Below are positions 9,597-20,600 of a stretch of DNA of 44,668 nt, piece after piece. Each line of letters starts with the position of its first letter. Positions within the stretch are counted from its first letter, which is position 1. This DNA is from a virus. Its lineage: Duplodnaviria; Caudoviricetes. A program made the translations under genes and the position numbers. Below the pieces are notes generated by a model. That model was given only the letters and a program-made list of their open reading frames with translations, had not been told where the DNA came from and searched no databases. Where the stretch lies: positions 1 through 44,668 of the IMG/VR virus record IMGVR_UViG_3300020042_005850; one strand, 5' to 3'.

Positions 9597-11981
9597 ATGA
9601 AACTACTCACCCCCGCCCAGCTCCATGACTACCAGAAGGAATGTGTGCTTCATGGTTTGTTCAATGACGACTCCATGTTCTGGCTTCAAATGGGTCTGGG
9701 TAAAACGCCAATCAGCCTAACTGTCCTTGTGGATCGTATGCGCGCAGGTCAAGTGAAGAAGTGTCTGATTTTTGGACCACTACGTGTGATCCAATCAGTG
9801 TGGGCACGCGAGTGTAGAAAGTGGGAACATACCAAACATCTGCGTTGTAGTGTGCTGCACGGTGTGAAAGACAAACGTACCCGCGCATTATTCGCGGATG
9901 CTGATATTTTTCTATGCAACTATGAAAACATGAATTGGTTGGCTGAAACACTCGACCACTACTACACCTCTCAAGGTAAAGAATTACCCTTCGAAATGGT
10001 CATCTATGATGAAGTGTCGAAGCTCAAGAACTCTACTACCAAGCGCATGGGTGGTGGCAAGCGTGACCGCACAGACCGGTGGGGGACCACTCACACTGTG
10101 AAGGTTACTGGGTGGCGTAAGATGATCGACAAGTTTAAATACCGTATCGGCCTCACCGGTACACCAGCATCAAATGGGTACTTAGACCTTCATGGTCAGT
10201 ACCTAGCAGTCGATGGTGGCAAGCGTCTCGGTGAGTACATCACCCATTATAAAGATAGTTACTTTATTAGTGACTACATGGGTTGGGGTCACACCCCCAC
10301 TGAAGAAGGCAAACAGTGGATCGAGCATCATATCGCTGATATCACTAAAAAGATGGATGCTAAAGACTACCTCGATATGCCTGCTGTTACGATCACCAAT
10401 GTCATGGTGGAGTTACCCGCTGCTGCGCGCAAAGCGTATATGGAAGTGGAAAAGAACTTGTTCACTACACTCGACAGTGGTTCTGAAATCGAGATATTCA
10501 GTAAGAGTTCGATCTCGAATAAATGTTTACAATTTTGTAATGGTTCACCATATCTGAGTAGTGATAGTCCAGAGTATGCGCCCGTACATGACGCTAAACT
10601 GGAAGCACTCGATGACATATTAGAAGAAGCGGCTGGTCGACCTGTACTATGTAGTTACACGTTCAAAGCAGACGCAGATCGTATTATGAAGCGGTTCAAG
10701 TCGATGCACCCCGTGAACCTCACGACTACACCATCGAGTAAAACTGAGTCAGTGGTAAACGATTGGAACGCAGGTAAGATTAAACTATTGGTGGGACATC
10801 CTGCCTGTTTACATCCATCGACTCAAGTGCTGACTAAGCATAGGGGTTGGGTGAGGATAGTGGACGTACTACTATCTGATCAGGTGTTCGATGGTATCGA
10901 GTTTGTATCACATAGTGGGTGCTCATATTCTGGTTATGAGGAAATTGTAGACGTGTTCGGTATACAAATGACACTCAACCATCAACTATTGGTCGATGAA
11001 AAATGGGTGATAGGTAACGATGTTAGAACTAATTCAGAAGCTAGAGAAAAAGCATTATACAAGTACGAAAGTGATGGCACTCGCCTTAGTGAGATGTTGT
11101 CGATGTCTAACTCAGTTCGAGATCATTCACCAGAATTTTGTAAAACACAACCGACTGAAAAGAACCCATTGCAACCATTGTGTAGAAGATCGTTATCACA
11201 ATATGACGGGTACGAGGATATGGCGTATATGGATGGGTATGAAACATCGCGCAACGGATCAGCTCGACAAACATTATCAGGGTCGCGGAATTGGTATAGA
11301 CCCTCAGTGGTTGGAGTTTGTAAATTTTTACGACGATACGTTGAACGGGTACTCGGACGATTTAACAATCGAACGTATCGACGTGAACAAGAGTTACAGC
11401 AAGGAGAATTGCGAGTGGGTTACAGCGTTCGCTCAACAATCGAACAAGAGAACCACACGACGACTGACCTACAATGGTGTAGAAATGCACTTAGCCGAAG
11501 TGTGTCGTCAATCTGGTGTAAGCAAGATGAAAATGTTAATGAGATTGAATCGCGGGATGAATGCGGATCAAGCAGTAGCCGACGCGAGAGCGTCACCTTA
11601 CGGAAAAAAGCGCATGTCTATGACTTAGTAGATTGTGGACCACGGCACCGATTCCTAGTTAGGAATGACACTGGTGATATGTTCATTTCACATAACTCAA
11701 TGGGTCATGGCATCGATGGCCTTCAGGATAGTGGTTCAATTATGGTGTGGTTTGGAATGAACTGGTCACTTGAACTGTATGACCAAATGAACGGGCGATT
11801 GAATAGACAAGGCCAAACTCAACCGGTATCAATCATCAGGATACTTTGCGCTGATACTGTTGATCTAGCTGTTGCGGATGCTATCGAGCGTAAGACTGAC
11901 GACCAAGATGGTCTTAAATCTGCACTCGATAGATACCGTAAAGGGATCACCACTAATGATTTAAGTGTAAACTTTTTCTAA
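9597..11981 (+). CDS. SNF2-like superfamily 2 helicase containing an intein
   Basis: MGLGKT, DEVS, LTGTP, HPA|SMGHGIDGLQ (interrupted), Q..GRLNRQGQ. Start chosen at ATG 9597; the frame is open from 9549. Confidence 0.92.
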   Translation: MKLLTPAQLHDYQKECVLHGLFNDDSMFWLQMGLGKTPISLTVLVDRMRAGQVKKCLIFGPLRVIQSVWARECRKWEHTKHLRCSVLHGVKDKRTRALFADADIFLCNYENMNWLAETLDHYYTSQGKELPFEMVIYDEVSKLKNSTTKRMGGGKRDRTDRWGTTHTVKVTGWRKMIDKFKYRIGLTGTPASNGYLDLHGQYLAVDGGKRLGEYITHYKDSYFISDYMGWGHTPTEEGKQWIEHHIADITKKMDAKDYLDMPAVTITNVMVELPAAARKAYMEVEKNLFTTLDSGSEIEIFSKSSISNKCLQFCNGSPYLSSDSPEYAPVHDAKLEALDDILEEAAGRPVLCSYTFKADADRIMKRFKSMHPVNLTTTPSSKTESVVNDWNAGKIKLLVGHPACLHPSTQVLTKHRGWVRIVDVLLSDQVFDGIEFVSHSGCSYSGYEEIVDVFGIQMTLNHQLLVDEKWVIGNDVRTNSEAREKALYKYESDGTRLSEMLSMSNSVRDHSPEFCKTQPTEKNPLQPLCRRSLSQYDGYEDMAYMDGYETSRNGSARQTLSGSRNWYRPSVVGVCKFLRRYVERVLGRFNNRTYRREQELQQGELRVGYSVRSTIEQENHTTTDLQWCRNALSRSVSSIWCKQDENVNEIESRDECGSSSSRRESVTLRKKAHVYDLVDCGPRHRFLVRNDTGDMFISHNSMGHGIDGLQDSGSIMVWFGMNWSLELYDQMNGRLNRQGQTQPVSIIRILCADTVDLAVADAIERKTDDQDGLKSALDRYRKGITTNDLSVNFF
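10806..11696 (+). mobile_element. Intein (297 aa) in helicase motif V
   Basis: Begins CLHPSTQV; block B TLNHQLLV; block F VYDL; ends SHN followed by Ser(+1). Removal restores HPASMGHG. Confidence 0.93.
11020..11628 (+). CDS. HNH homing endonuclease in the +1 frame inside the intein
   Basis: YQGRGI...W..F..F..D, TIERIDVNKSYSKENCEW...Q..NKR; N-terminal Cys pairs; C-terminal HTH-like segment; AGGT RBS before the ATG. Confidence 0.88.
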   Translation: MLELIQKLEKKHYTSTKVMALALVRCCRCLTQFEIIHQNFVKHNRLKRTHCNHCVEDRYHNMTGTRIWRIWMGMKHRATDQLDKHYQGRGIGIDPQWLEFVNFYDDTLNGYSDDLTIERIDVNKSYSKENCEWVTAFAQQSNKRTTRRLTYNGVEMHLAEVCRQSGVSKMKMLMRLNRGMNADQAVADARASPYGKKRMSMT

Positions 11982-12286
11982 AACTTAGGCGGGTGAAATA
12001 GGTAGTTGAATAACCCGTACAAACCAGCACCAATTAAGGGCCACTTAATCAACCAAAGGCCGAACTTTTGCAGTGATTGACCTATAACTACTGCGCCCCG
12101 GATATGGTTATAGGTTTCAATCATGTCTTTGGTAGCAGTGGTTAAGTGATTTAGTGCGTCAATAGTTTCAGTCTGAGCGTGTAACATCTTATTAAATTGT
12201 TCATCACGCTCATTAAACCGTCGTTCACAATGTGTTGTATGATTATTGATCATAGTTTCAAGTTGATTAAATCGTTCTTCACTCAT
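11978..12286 (-). CDS. Small coiled-coil membrane protein (possible holin or lysis accessory)
   Basis: N-terminal coiled coil and C-terminal hydrophobic helix; last gene of the late operon. Confidence 0.5.
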   Translation of the reverse strand: MSEERFNQLETMINNHTTHCERRFNERDEQFNKMLHAQTETIDALNHLTTATKDMIETYNHIRGAVVIGQSLQKFGLWLIKWPLIGAGLYGLFNYLFHPPKF

Positions 12287-12287
12287 A

Positions 12288-14585
12288 TTAATTATCCATC
12301 ACACATATAGGGTAAATTGTGATTGTTTGTGAAGCAATGCTGATTACTCGTAGTTTAAGTAATCGTGTTTTATTCGCAGGTATAGTAATTGCGCTACTTA
12401 ATGTAACCCCCGTTCCTGCGGCCAAGGTCAACGTCTGAGCCGTCACGTTTTGAATATACAAATCGTAACCGGTAAGCACTTCCGCGCCACCAATTAGCGC
12501 GATAATGCTCGCAGCAGTTGGGGTGGTATCTGTAAATGGTGCGGCGGGACCACTACGAACAATGAAATTTGTAAAAAATTGTGCAGCTGTATACGTCGTT
12601 CCAGCACCAGCAGTGACACTACCGAAGTCAATGCGTGAAGTGAGCCTTCCGCCAAGACAAGTTGATGTTTGTGCATTGCCAATTTTTGCAGAGTTAGCTA
12701 CTTGTGTTTGTGCATTTGTACCTATCGCAAGTGCGTTAGTAATTGGTAGCGCCAACGTACCTGCTCGCGTAAACGTACCGACAACACAGTTATCGTCACC
12801 GTATGCCCATGACTGCCCGCCGACACTTACTTGGTTGTTGTTTGAGCTATCACCCGCGCCGTTGCTTTCACCATATCCAGCATAGGCACCAACATATGTA
12901 TTATTACCACCAGCAAGCTGTTTTAGTCCAGACCTAGCACCAAGGAACGTATCCAAACCTGTGCTTGTAACATTGCGCCCCGCGTACCACCCGACCATTG
13001 TTAAGTCGTCACCTGTAAGATTAAGTCCGCCCGCCCAAAAACCAAAGAACGCACCACGTGAAGCCGTTGTACCTGACACACCCGCCTTGTATCCAACGGC
13101 GGTTATCTCTTGTCCCTTTGTATTTCGTTTACTTGCTGAATAACCCACAGCTACATTGTTTGAGCCTTCGTTATATTGAAGCGTAAATGATCCGCATCCA
13201 GTGTTTTCATCGCCGTGCAAATTACTCGATAACGTTCGTGATCCAGCTGCAAAGTTGTGCGCTGGTGTAAGCGCTAGGCCGTCATATTGAAACGCACCTA
13301 ATGTAAATTTATCACCGAAAGCCATATCGTTACGATTGAAGCCTGTTAACTTAATTCCGATTGGATTATTAAAACCCGTGTCATCACTAGCAGTTCCAGA
13401 AGCTACCATTTTTATCGGTGATACTGCTTTTAAATTAACATCAGTAATAGTTCCAGCCCACAGTGTGTCTGTAGTGATTGTAATAGTGGAAGCGGCGAAC
13501 GATGAAATCCCAATCATAAACGTATAGACGTTCGAGTTTAAAATTCGATTGTTTTCAATACCATCTGTGTAAATTGCAGCAGTAGAAAAATAATAACCCA
13601 GCGGCGAATCGTCCATTAAATCATCTGAACCCACTGTGATATTGATATTTCCATTCGCAGTTGTAGTGAGCGTCAATGTTAAAATACAGTATGTTTGCGC
13701 AGGAATAGTAGTTATAGCAGACGACAAAATTCCAACTGTACCAGCAGAATGCACGCGGGAAACATCGAAGTTTGTTCTTGAGTAAGTAGAAATTGCAGGA
13801 AGTAAATCAGTACCAAGTGTTGCATAATCCGATGTATTTTTGGTATTTTTACCACTTGTGAAATTAGTTCTATTAACTCTTTTCCAGTAGATACCGGCTG
13901 TTGCAGAGTTAATGTATTCGTTCGTTACTGTTGTCACACTTCCAGAAGTTGCTATGTAAAAGTCAGCATTTGTACCACTCACAGTTCCACCCTTGGTTTG
14001 CACCATATCGTCAATAGATGCTGTGACTCCAGCTAATGACGCAAATGTGGGGGTGCTTGGCACAAGCGTGCTCACCGGGTAAGCGTCGGGGTCAATTAAA
14101 CCTATTCCGACGTTCTCAATAGCATCACCCGTAGAATTCCACCTCAATAATTTCAATGGGTCTGGTGATAGCTCAGGCATAACACCGTTCAGATCAGACA
14201 AGGGTAAACGTAAGCATCGCCCTTGCACGTCGTCTAATTGCTGGATGAGGATCACTTGTTTATCGAGTGCGTCTTCATGTACATCTGGGTAAAAGCCACC
14301 CTGACTATCAAAGTCAGTGAGTTGCTGAGGCTCATAGTTTGAACGTATGTATACTTGGTCACCCGATGCCGGTGCTGTAATAAAAACAATATCACCGCCG
14401 CCATCGAGAGTAGTACCGGTAACAGAGTAATGAGTACCTAGTACCTGTAATATTTGAGCACCACTGTGAGTCAAGTACACAGATACATTCGCGTCGGTAA
14501 ATGCCTTAAATGTATAGGGGAAGCTGGTGGTTACACCGTTACCTGTGTAGGGGCCGGATGTGATGGACGTAGTATTAACAGTCAT
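12288..14585 (-). CDS. Tail fibre / tailspike
   Basis: T7 gp17-like N-terminal anchor (YTGNGVTTSFPYTF...EDALDK); Gly/Asn-rich beta-helical repeats (N.A.GY.AG). Confidence 0.85.
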   Translation of the reverse strand: MTVNTTSITSGPYTGNGVTTSFPYTFKAFTDANVSVYLTHSGAQILQVLGTHYSVTGTTLDGGGDIVFITAPASGDQVYIRSNYEPQQLTDFDSQGGFYPDVHEDALDKQVILIQQLDDVQGRCLRLPLSDLNGVMPELSPDPLKLLRWNSTGDAIENVGIGLIDPDAYPVSTLVPSTPTFASLAGVTASIDDMVQTKGGTVSGTNADFYIATSGSVTTVTNEYINSATAGIYWKRVNRTNFTSGKNTKNTSDYATLGTDLLPAISTYSRTNFDVSRVHSAGTVGILSSAITTIPAQTYCILTLTLTTTANGNINITVGSDDLMDDSPLGYYFSTAAIYTDGIENNRILNSNVYTFMIGISSFAASTITITTDTLWAGTITDVNLKAVSPIKMVASGTASDDTGFNNPIGIKLTGFNRNDMAFGDKFTLGAFQYDGLALTPAHNFAAGSRTLSSNLHGDENTGCGSFTLQYNEGSNNVAVGYSASKRNTKGQEITAVGYKAGVSGTTASRGAFFGFWAGGLNLTGDDLTMVGWYAGRNVTSTGLDTFLGARSGLKQLAGGNNTYVGAYAGYGESNGAGDSSNNNQVSVGGQSWAYGDDNCVVGTFTRAGTLALPITNALAIGTNAQTQVANSAKIGNAQTSTCLGGRLTSRIDFGSVTAGAGTTYTAAQFFTNFIVRSGPAAPFTDTTPTAASIIALIGGAEVLTGYDLYIQNVTAQTLTLAAGTGVTLSSAITIPANKTRLLKLRVISIASQTITIYPICVMDN

Positions 14586-14618
14586 GATGTAACCTCAGCA
14601 ATAGTTGTACCAATAATA

Positions 14619-17600
14619 TCATTGTTTCTTAACTGGTCCAATAACCAATTCGCGGAATGTCAACTCTTCACCTTCAGCAAGTACATTATAAATATGCTCG
14701 CCACTGTTCCACGCTTGACCAGTACCAGGTATGCCGATCCACGCCGCCGCAAGTTTCGTTACATTTTTAATATCCCGCGCTGAGACATCTTCACCTTCCC
14801 AAACTGAACTAGCAATACCGGTCGTACCTTCGATACCTTTAGCAACAAGGGATGCAACTGGTGACATACTATAATCAAAATCGGTAGCACCCGCATTTGC
14901 AAGATCCCTTACAAACGGTATTGATTGGATCGGGAACAGTGCAAGTTGCAGCGCTAGTTTCTGTGCGATTACTTCCTCGTCATCCTCATCGTCAAACTTA
15001 CCACGTAACAACATCTCGAACAGCACTGGTAAGGTGAAAAAGAACAACCCTTTAGCTGCTAAGTCAATCGCATTATATCTACCCGACTGAGTACCCTTCA
15101 CAATATCGCGCTCGATATTCCACAACGATGAGAAGAACGTCATAAACATAGTAAGCGAACGGTGTATCTCACTTTGATTGCGAAACAGTGCCGCCATGTC
15201 TTTGGTTAAACCCGAACCTTGGATCTGTTCGACCATCCAATCACCGTACTGATAGGCACGTTGCTCGTCACCATGCTCTTTCATCGCTTTGAGGTAACCA
15301 GCGTACCAACTTGGCAGATCCACCATGTAGAGCTGAATATAGGCGATATGTAACATCGAAACAGTCTGTAGATTTGCGAGTTTGCCAGACTTGTTTTGTA
15401 GAGTGCTCAACACGTTTTGGATTTCGCGGTCGAAACTTTGTGCGCGATGACTCAATGTTTTCGAGTTAGCTGAAGCAAACTCCCAAGCACCTTTGATACT
15501 ATCGGGACCAGCTAATATAGTACGGATTGCCTGAATCGTATTAGCCGCACCAGCCTCACCCATTGTGTTGAAGATACCTGATGTTTGAAGGAGTCCAGTT
15601 GTAGCCTTGAACCCCATCACACCGAGGGTAGTACCAAGGCGCAACTTGCCAAACGCTCTTTCAATAAATGTTTTGGTCTTGGTTTCACCCCCGTCTTTCG
15701 CAATGTCATTTAACCACGGTTTCAGTTGCGCGAATTCCTCTGGTCCCATCTTAGCCTTGATTGATTCAGCAATTGACTTGTTACGAATCAGCTTGTTGAC
15801 CTCACGCACCGCGTCATGGTGGGTGATAAAGTGGATCACCTCTTGGAAGTGGTTAGGTACTACGTCCAAGCTCAAACGAACCGGTGCATAGTATTTAGTA
15901 CGCTCGTTAGTAGCTGACGCATTCACCGATGATTGAATACTACCCGTAGTGCTAAACATTGATTCTGTGTTAGCGTTCAATCGTTCATCATTCAACTCAG
16001 CTTTATGTGACCGGTTAGGGTCGTACTTCATTGGATAGTAACCACCGCTGAACGTACCGAATGGCGTGACCACGGGCGTCGCTTCAACCTTCGGTGGAGT
16101 GAGTCCTGTGGTGCGACGGTGTACTTCAGCCAGTTGCGGATAAAGCTGATCCATACGATCCCAGATAAGCTGTACCAACTGCCAATCTGATTTGGTCATA
16201 TGTTTGAGCACAGCCTGCAACTTATGATTGTTGAAGCTGATCTCAGCGTCATTTTCAGGATTCGCCCAACCCTCACCCAGTAACATTTTACGAAGGTTGC
16301 CCGCGTTACCTGTGTTGAGCGCCACCGCTAATATCTGGTGGCCCATCAAGTTACCATCATTTTTATCGTCTTTAATTTCTTCAATAAACACTTTTGCATT
16401 GTGGCGCTTCTTATCCGCGTTACTGCGGTTCTCGATAGCTTTCATCACATCATTACCGATCTGTTTCCACAGTGCGACCTCAGCATGCTTAGCATCATTA
16501 AACACTTGCACGAATACACTGTGAGTTAAACCCACACGTTCACCACCATCGAGCCAGCTTGCAAGGTAAGGAATCTTAGTCATTTGACCCATTGCCCAGC
16601 GGCCATAGTTCTTATCTTCAACTACGGTGGTGCGTTGTGACTTGAATCTAGCTGGCAATGCCGACCAATGATCCACTAGCTTGTTGACCAGTTTCTTGAA
16701 TGTGATTTCTTCACCCATACGAACCATTTTGTTGGAGTAGCGCGCTACGTGTTCAATATTCTTAACAGAATCCGATACACCTTGAATGTCGTTGTACTTA
16801 ACATTTTTCCAATGGTCTTTATACAACTCGTTCAGCACCACTGGTGACAGTACAAGACCATCGCCATCGAGCCCCATACGCTCAGCAGCCCATGTGTTAA
16901 TGTCTTGATTATGCTGTTCAACCGAGGTGAGTGTCGCTGATTTACGGAACTCGAATCGTTCAAGGATTTTGACGATCTGCTCCCAGTAACCGTTCTCAGC
17001 TTTCATAATTTCTTCGCGCACTTCCTTCTTGTTGTAGCGACCCATAGTGTCAACAATCTTGGTGATGTTGTTCTGTGCCGCTACCGCTTCCATTCCTAAG
17101 AAGTAATTCATTACTTGACGCGCTTTAGCTGCTGCTGCACCTTCCATGTTACCTTTCGCAAACATGGAAGCCGCTTCCATAGCCGCCTTGATCTCAGCAT
17201 TACGGTACTTGTTCGGGTGAATCTGGCGGTAGCTCAGCTTACCAATTGTTTCTTCAGCAAGGCCACGGATGATTTCCCGGTCGATGCTGCGTTGACCACG
17301 GCTGAGTATCTTCAGCTCAGCAAGAATCAAGCGGCCGCGTTCTTCATTCTGCACTGCGTCATCAGCTTCCTTCTCAATGGAACCATCGTTCAAGATGTCA
17401 CCATGTCGATCTAACATAATCACTTCAGCACGATCGGCAGCAGCCTCACCGATGGGTTTAGCTTTGGTGATAGCGTCGATCATCTCAGCGCCAGAACCGT
17501 AACCGAAGAATGCAGCAGCCTCGTCGGGGTGAACACCAGTGGCACCCTTAGCGGTCATGTTGGTAAGTGCTGAAGGTATACGGGTTGAGGTGATACCTCG

Positions 17601-20600
17601 TGCATCAGTTTTCTCAGTACCGTAAAGTTCTTTTACAGTAGCGTGGTCAAGTTTGAAGTCACCATTACGTAAGGTGTCGATTGATTTATACACCGGCAAT
17701 GCTTTCAATACTGTCAACTCAGTGTCGATGAGATCTTGTTTCTCATCCTTCCATGCTTGCTTCTTGGTGCGGGTGATCTGGGCGATTAACTTGTCGCGAA
17801 GTGTTTCAGTAGACGCACCTTTAACCTTTTCTACTCTTTCATTGTATGCTGTGAACTCAGCCTCGGTCATACCCGCCGCCGCTGCATCTGTGAACATTGG
17901 TGCGAATCTTGCACGAGCTTCAGCCATCTTGATTTGTTCTTCAGTGGCGATCATGGTGTCGAATACTTTACGCATCTCGTCATCAAGTTTTACATTAAGC
18001 CCTTTGATCGACTTGTAAATCTCAACGAACCAACGGGCGAAGGTACGGAACACATTACGCATCTCGATAGAAGGCGCTTTACCTTCCATCAGGTACGCTT
18101 CCCATCCACGGGCGAACTGTTCATGTGTGGTAATGCGAAGTGCTGAGTCAATGTCAGTATCACCAGTGGTGCCGTTATCGAGGTACAGGGTCACATCGCT
18201 GGGGGTGACCACCAATGGTGGACGAGTGAAGTCAGGTTGTTCTTTAGCGATAATCTCGTTAGCTTCTTTTGCAACATCAACCGCGTTACGCTTAAACCAG
18301 TTGTGGATACCTTCAACTTTTTTACCGTTCGACTTCAACTCAGTCTCATACATGAAGTGTGCGAACTCGTGCATGAACGTGGAAAGGTTCGATGCTTCAG
18401 TTAAACGAATGAGTGAGTTTGCGGGTTCGTAGTAGCCGCGTGACTTTTGTGCAAAAGATTCAGGCGCACTCTTACTCAACGCTTCAGGTACAGCCAGCTC
18501 CATGCCGCCCATCACCACGATAGCCTCACTCATGGGAACGTCAGCATCAGTCGCTATGGATCTTACACGGCGTTGTTCTGGGGTGAGCTTCAACCGAGCT
18601 TGTGTGATACGCGCTTCGATCTCGCCACCTAACGCGAGGTAAATGTCATGCGGTGTCTTGAAGCGTACCGAACTCGCAACCACTGCCGCGCGCTTAGCTT
18701 TACCAAGCAGCTCTTGACGTGGTTTCAATAACTCTTTAGCTTTGGATGCTTCGCGACTAAGCGCCTTGATCATACCCGCCATGGTGCGGGTATCGTTCTC
18801 AAACATGGTGATTTGAGCTTCAGGGATCTGCGACTTCAGGAACGCACCAATGCTGAACGCAATGTCACGTGCAGCTTCTTGACGCTTTGGTCCACTGCGA
18901 GGTATGTCGTAGAACTTGCGTTGTAGGTCATTAGCTTCACGGTTACCACGGAACTTGTCGTCATAGATCCATTGTGATTCGTTCAGGATGTTACGAAACA
19001 CACCGCTTGGTTTATCACGGGTGGAGTATTCAATGAGGCGTTTGTAGGATTGGTACATCAGCGCGTTGCGTGACAGCTCCGCAGCCTTATCAACGGTTTT
19101 AAACTTCCACTGGTTGCGGTAGTCCCACGTATCCAGTTTGTTGGTCATGTCAGCATCGAGGCGTTGCAGTACCGCCTTCACGCTATCGGTGAAGGGTTTA
19201 CCGTCGTTGCCGCCGCGTGCGAAATCTTCAAGCTCTTGAATAGCGTGTTGGAGTTCATGCATCAGGGTTGATAGTTGCTCGCTTTCGCTCTTGCTGTTGT
19301 TTATTGCAATGGTATTTGTTTTAGCATCATAGTAACCATTTTCATTATCGGGCATTTTCTCAAAAACTAAGTTGATATTGCGAAGTGATGGGTACGCTTT
19401 GAACAGTGCAGAATGGTTCAGCACTCCACCAACGGTGTTATATTTTTTAACCTTAATCTCAACTAATTCAATAACTTGTTCACGTTGGTTTTCATCAAGT
19501 GACCCGAAACTTTCATCGAACAATTCACGAGCCGAACTCCTTACCAAATGACGATGTTCAGGAATCTCACTCGGCTTAATCGACCACTCAGCCTCATGGT
19601 CACTAATCTCATAGCGCCACTTACCATCCACCCCCATGAACCAACCGGTGTCACGCTGGATCGCGTTATTACCTAAACCCTGTTCGCGCATGTGTTTAGC
19701 ACGATCAAGCTCAGCCATTGGCACGCCTTGTGCATTGACGCCTACGAACTGGTTGAACTTAGACGGTGTAGCTGGTGTATATGTAAAACTGATCGGCGGC
19801 GTGTACGCTTCACCATCGAAGTCTAATGTAACGTCATCCTGTTTTAGATAACTGATTTTTTCATAGTAGGATTTCGCACTTTTAGTGGAATCTACAACCG
19901 CAAGTCGTTTACCGGTTTGATCCGCGTACTTTTTAAGTTGGTTGATTACAGACGTACCACGACCCGTACCTGTTGCAACTTCAGCAAGATCATCTAATTT
20001 CTTAGCAGCAATACTGGTGAGATAAATGTTATTTTCGTCTTCACGAATAGACGCTTGTACTTGAGCATTGTCAAATTTCAATACAACACTTTCACCCAGT
20101 ACCGAGTCTGGTTTACCCTCTTTGACCACTTCACCGAGTGATTTAACACTATCCATAGCCGTACTGAACGACTGATTCAACGCATCCAGCTCAGCACCCA
20201 TGCGAGCAGCTTCGCCCGTCTGTGGCCCCTGAATCACAAGGCCAGATTGTTCATAAGCCTGTTGAATAGTAATCCCGTTATCACGCGCAAACACGGTAGC
20301 CCACGCGGGCACAATGCGCGCCATCGCATCCGCATTCTTAGAATTGATTCGACCGGTATCTATCAACTGCTGCTTAACAGTATCAAATATCTGTTGAGAC
20401 TCGACATACTGACTCGCGTTCTCATTCGCACGAGCCATCATATCAGTCATATAAGTTTCGGTTTCATCCTGCGACTGCTTCAAGCGAAACGGTGACGGGG
20501 CGGTACCGTTCAGGTTCATAAACTCACGTAACGCGGTGAAGTGTTCTGTTCCTGCAATGTGAGTAGCGAAGTCGGCAATGGGTATCACAACATCACTACC

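Noticed and set aside
12288-14585. Diversity-generating retroelement as in BPP-1
   Set aside because: No reverse transcriptase ORF, and no TR/VR repeat pair noticed, despite BPP-1-like head genes.
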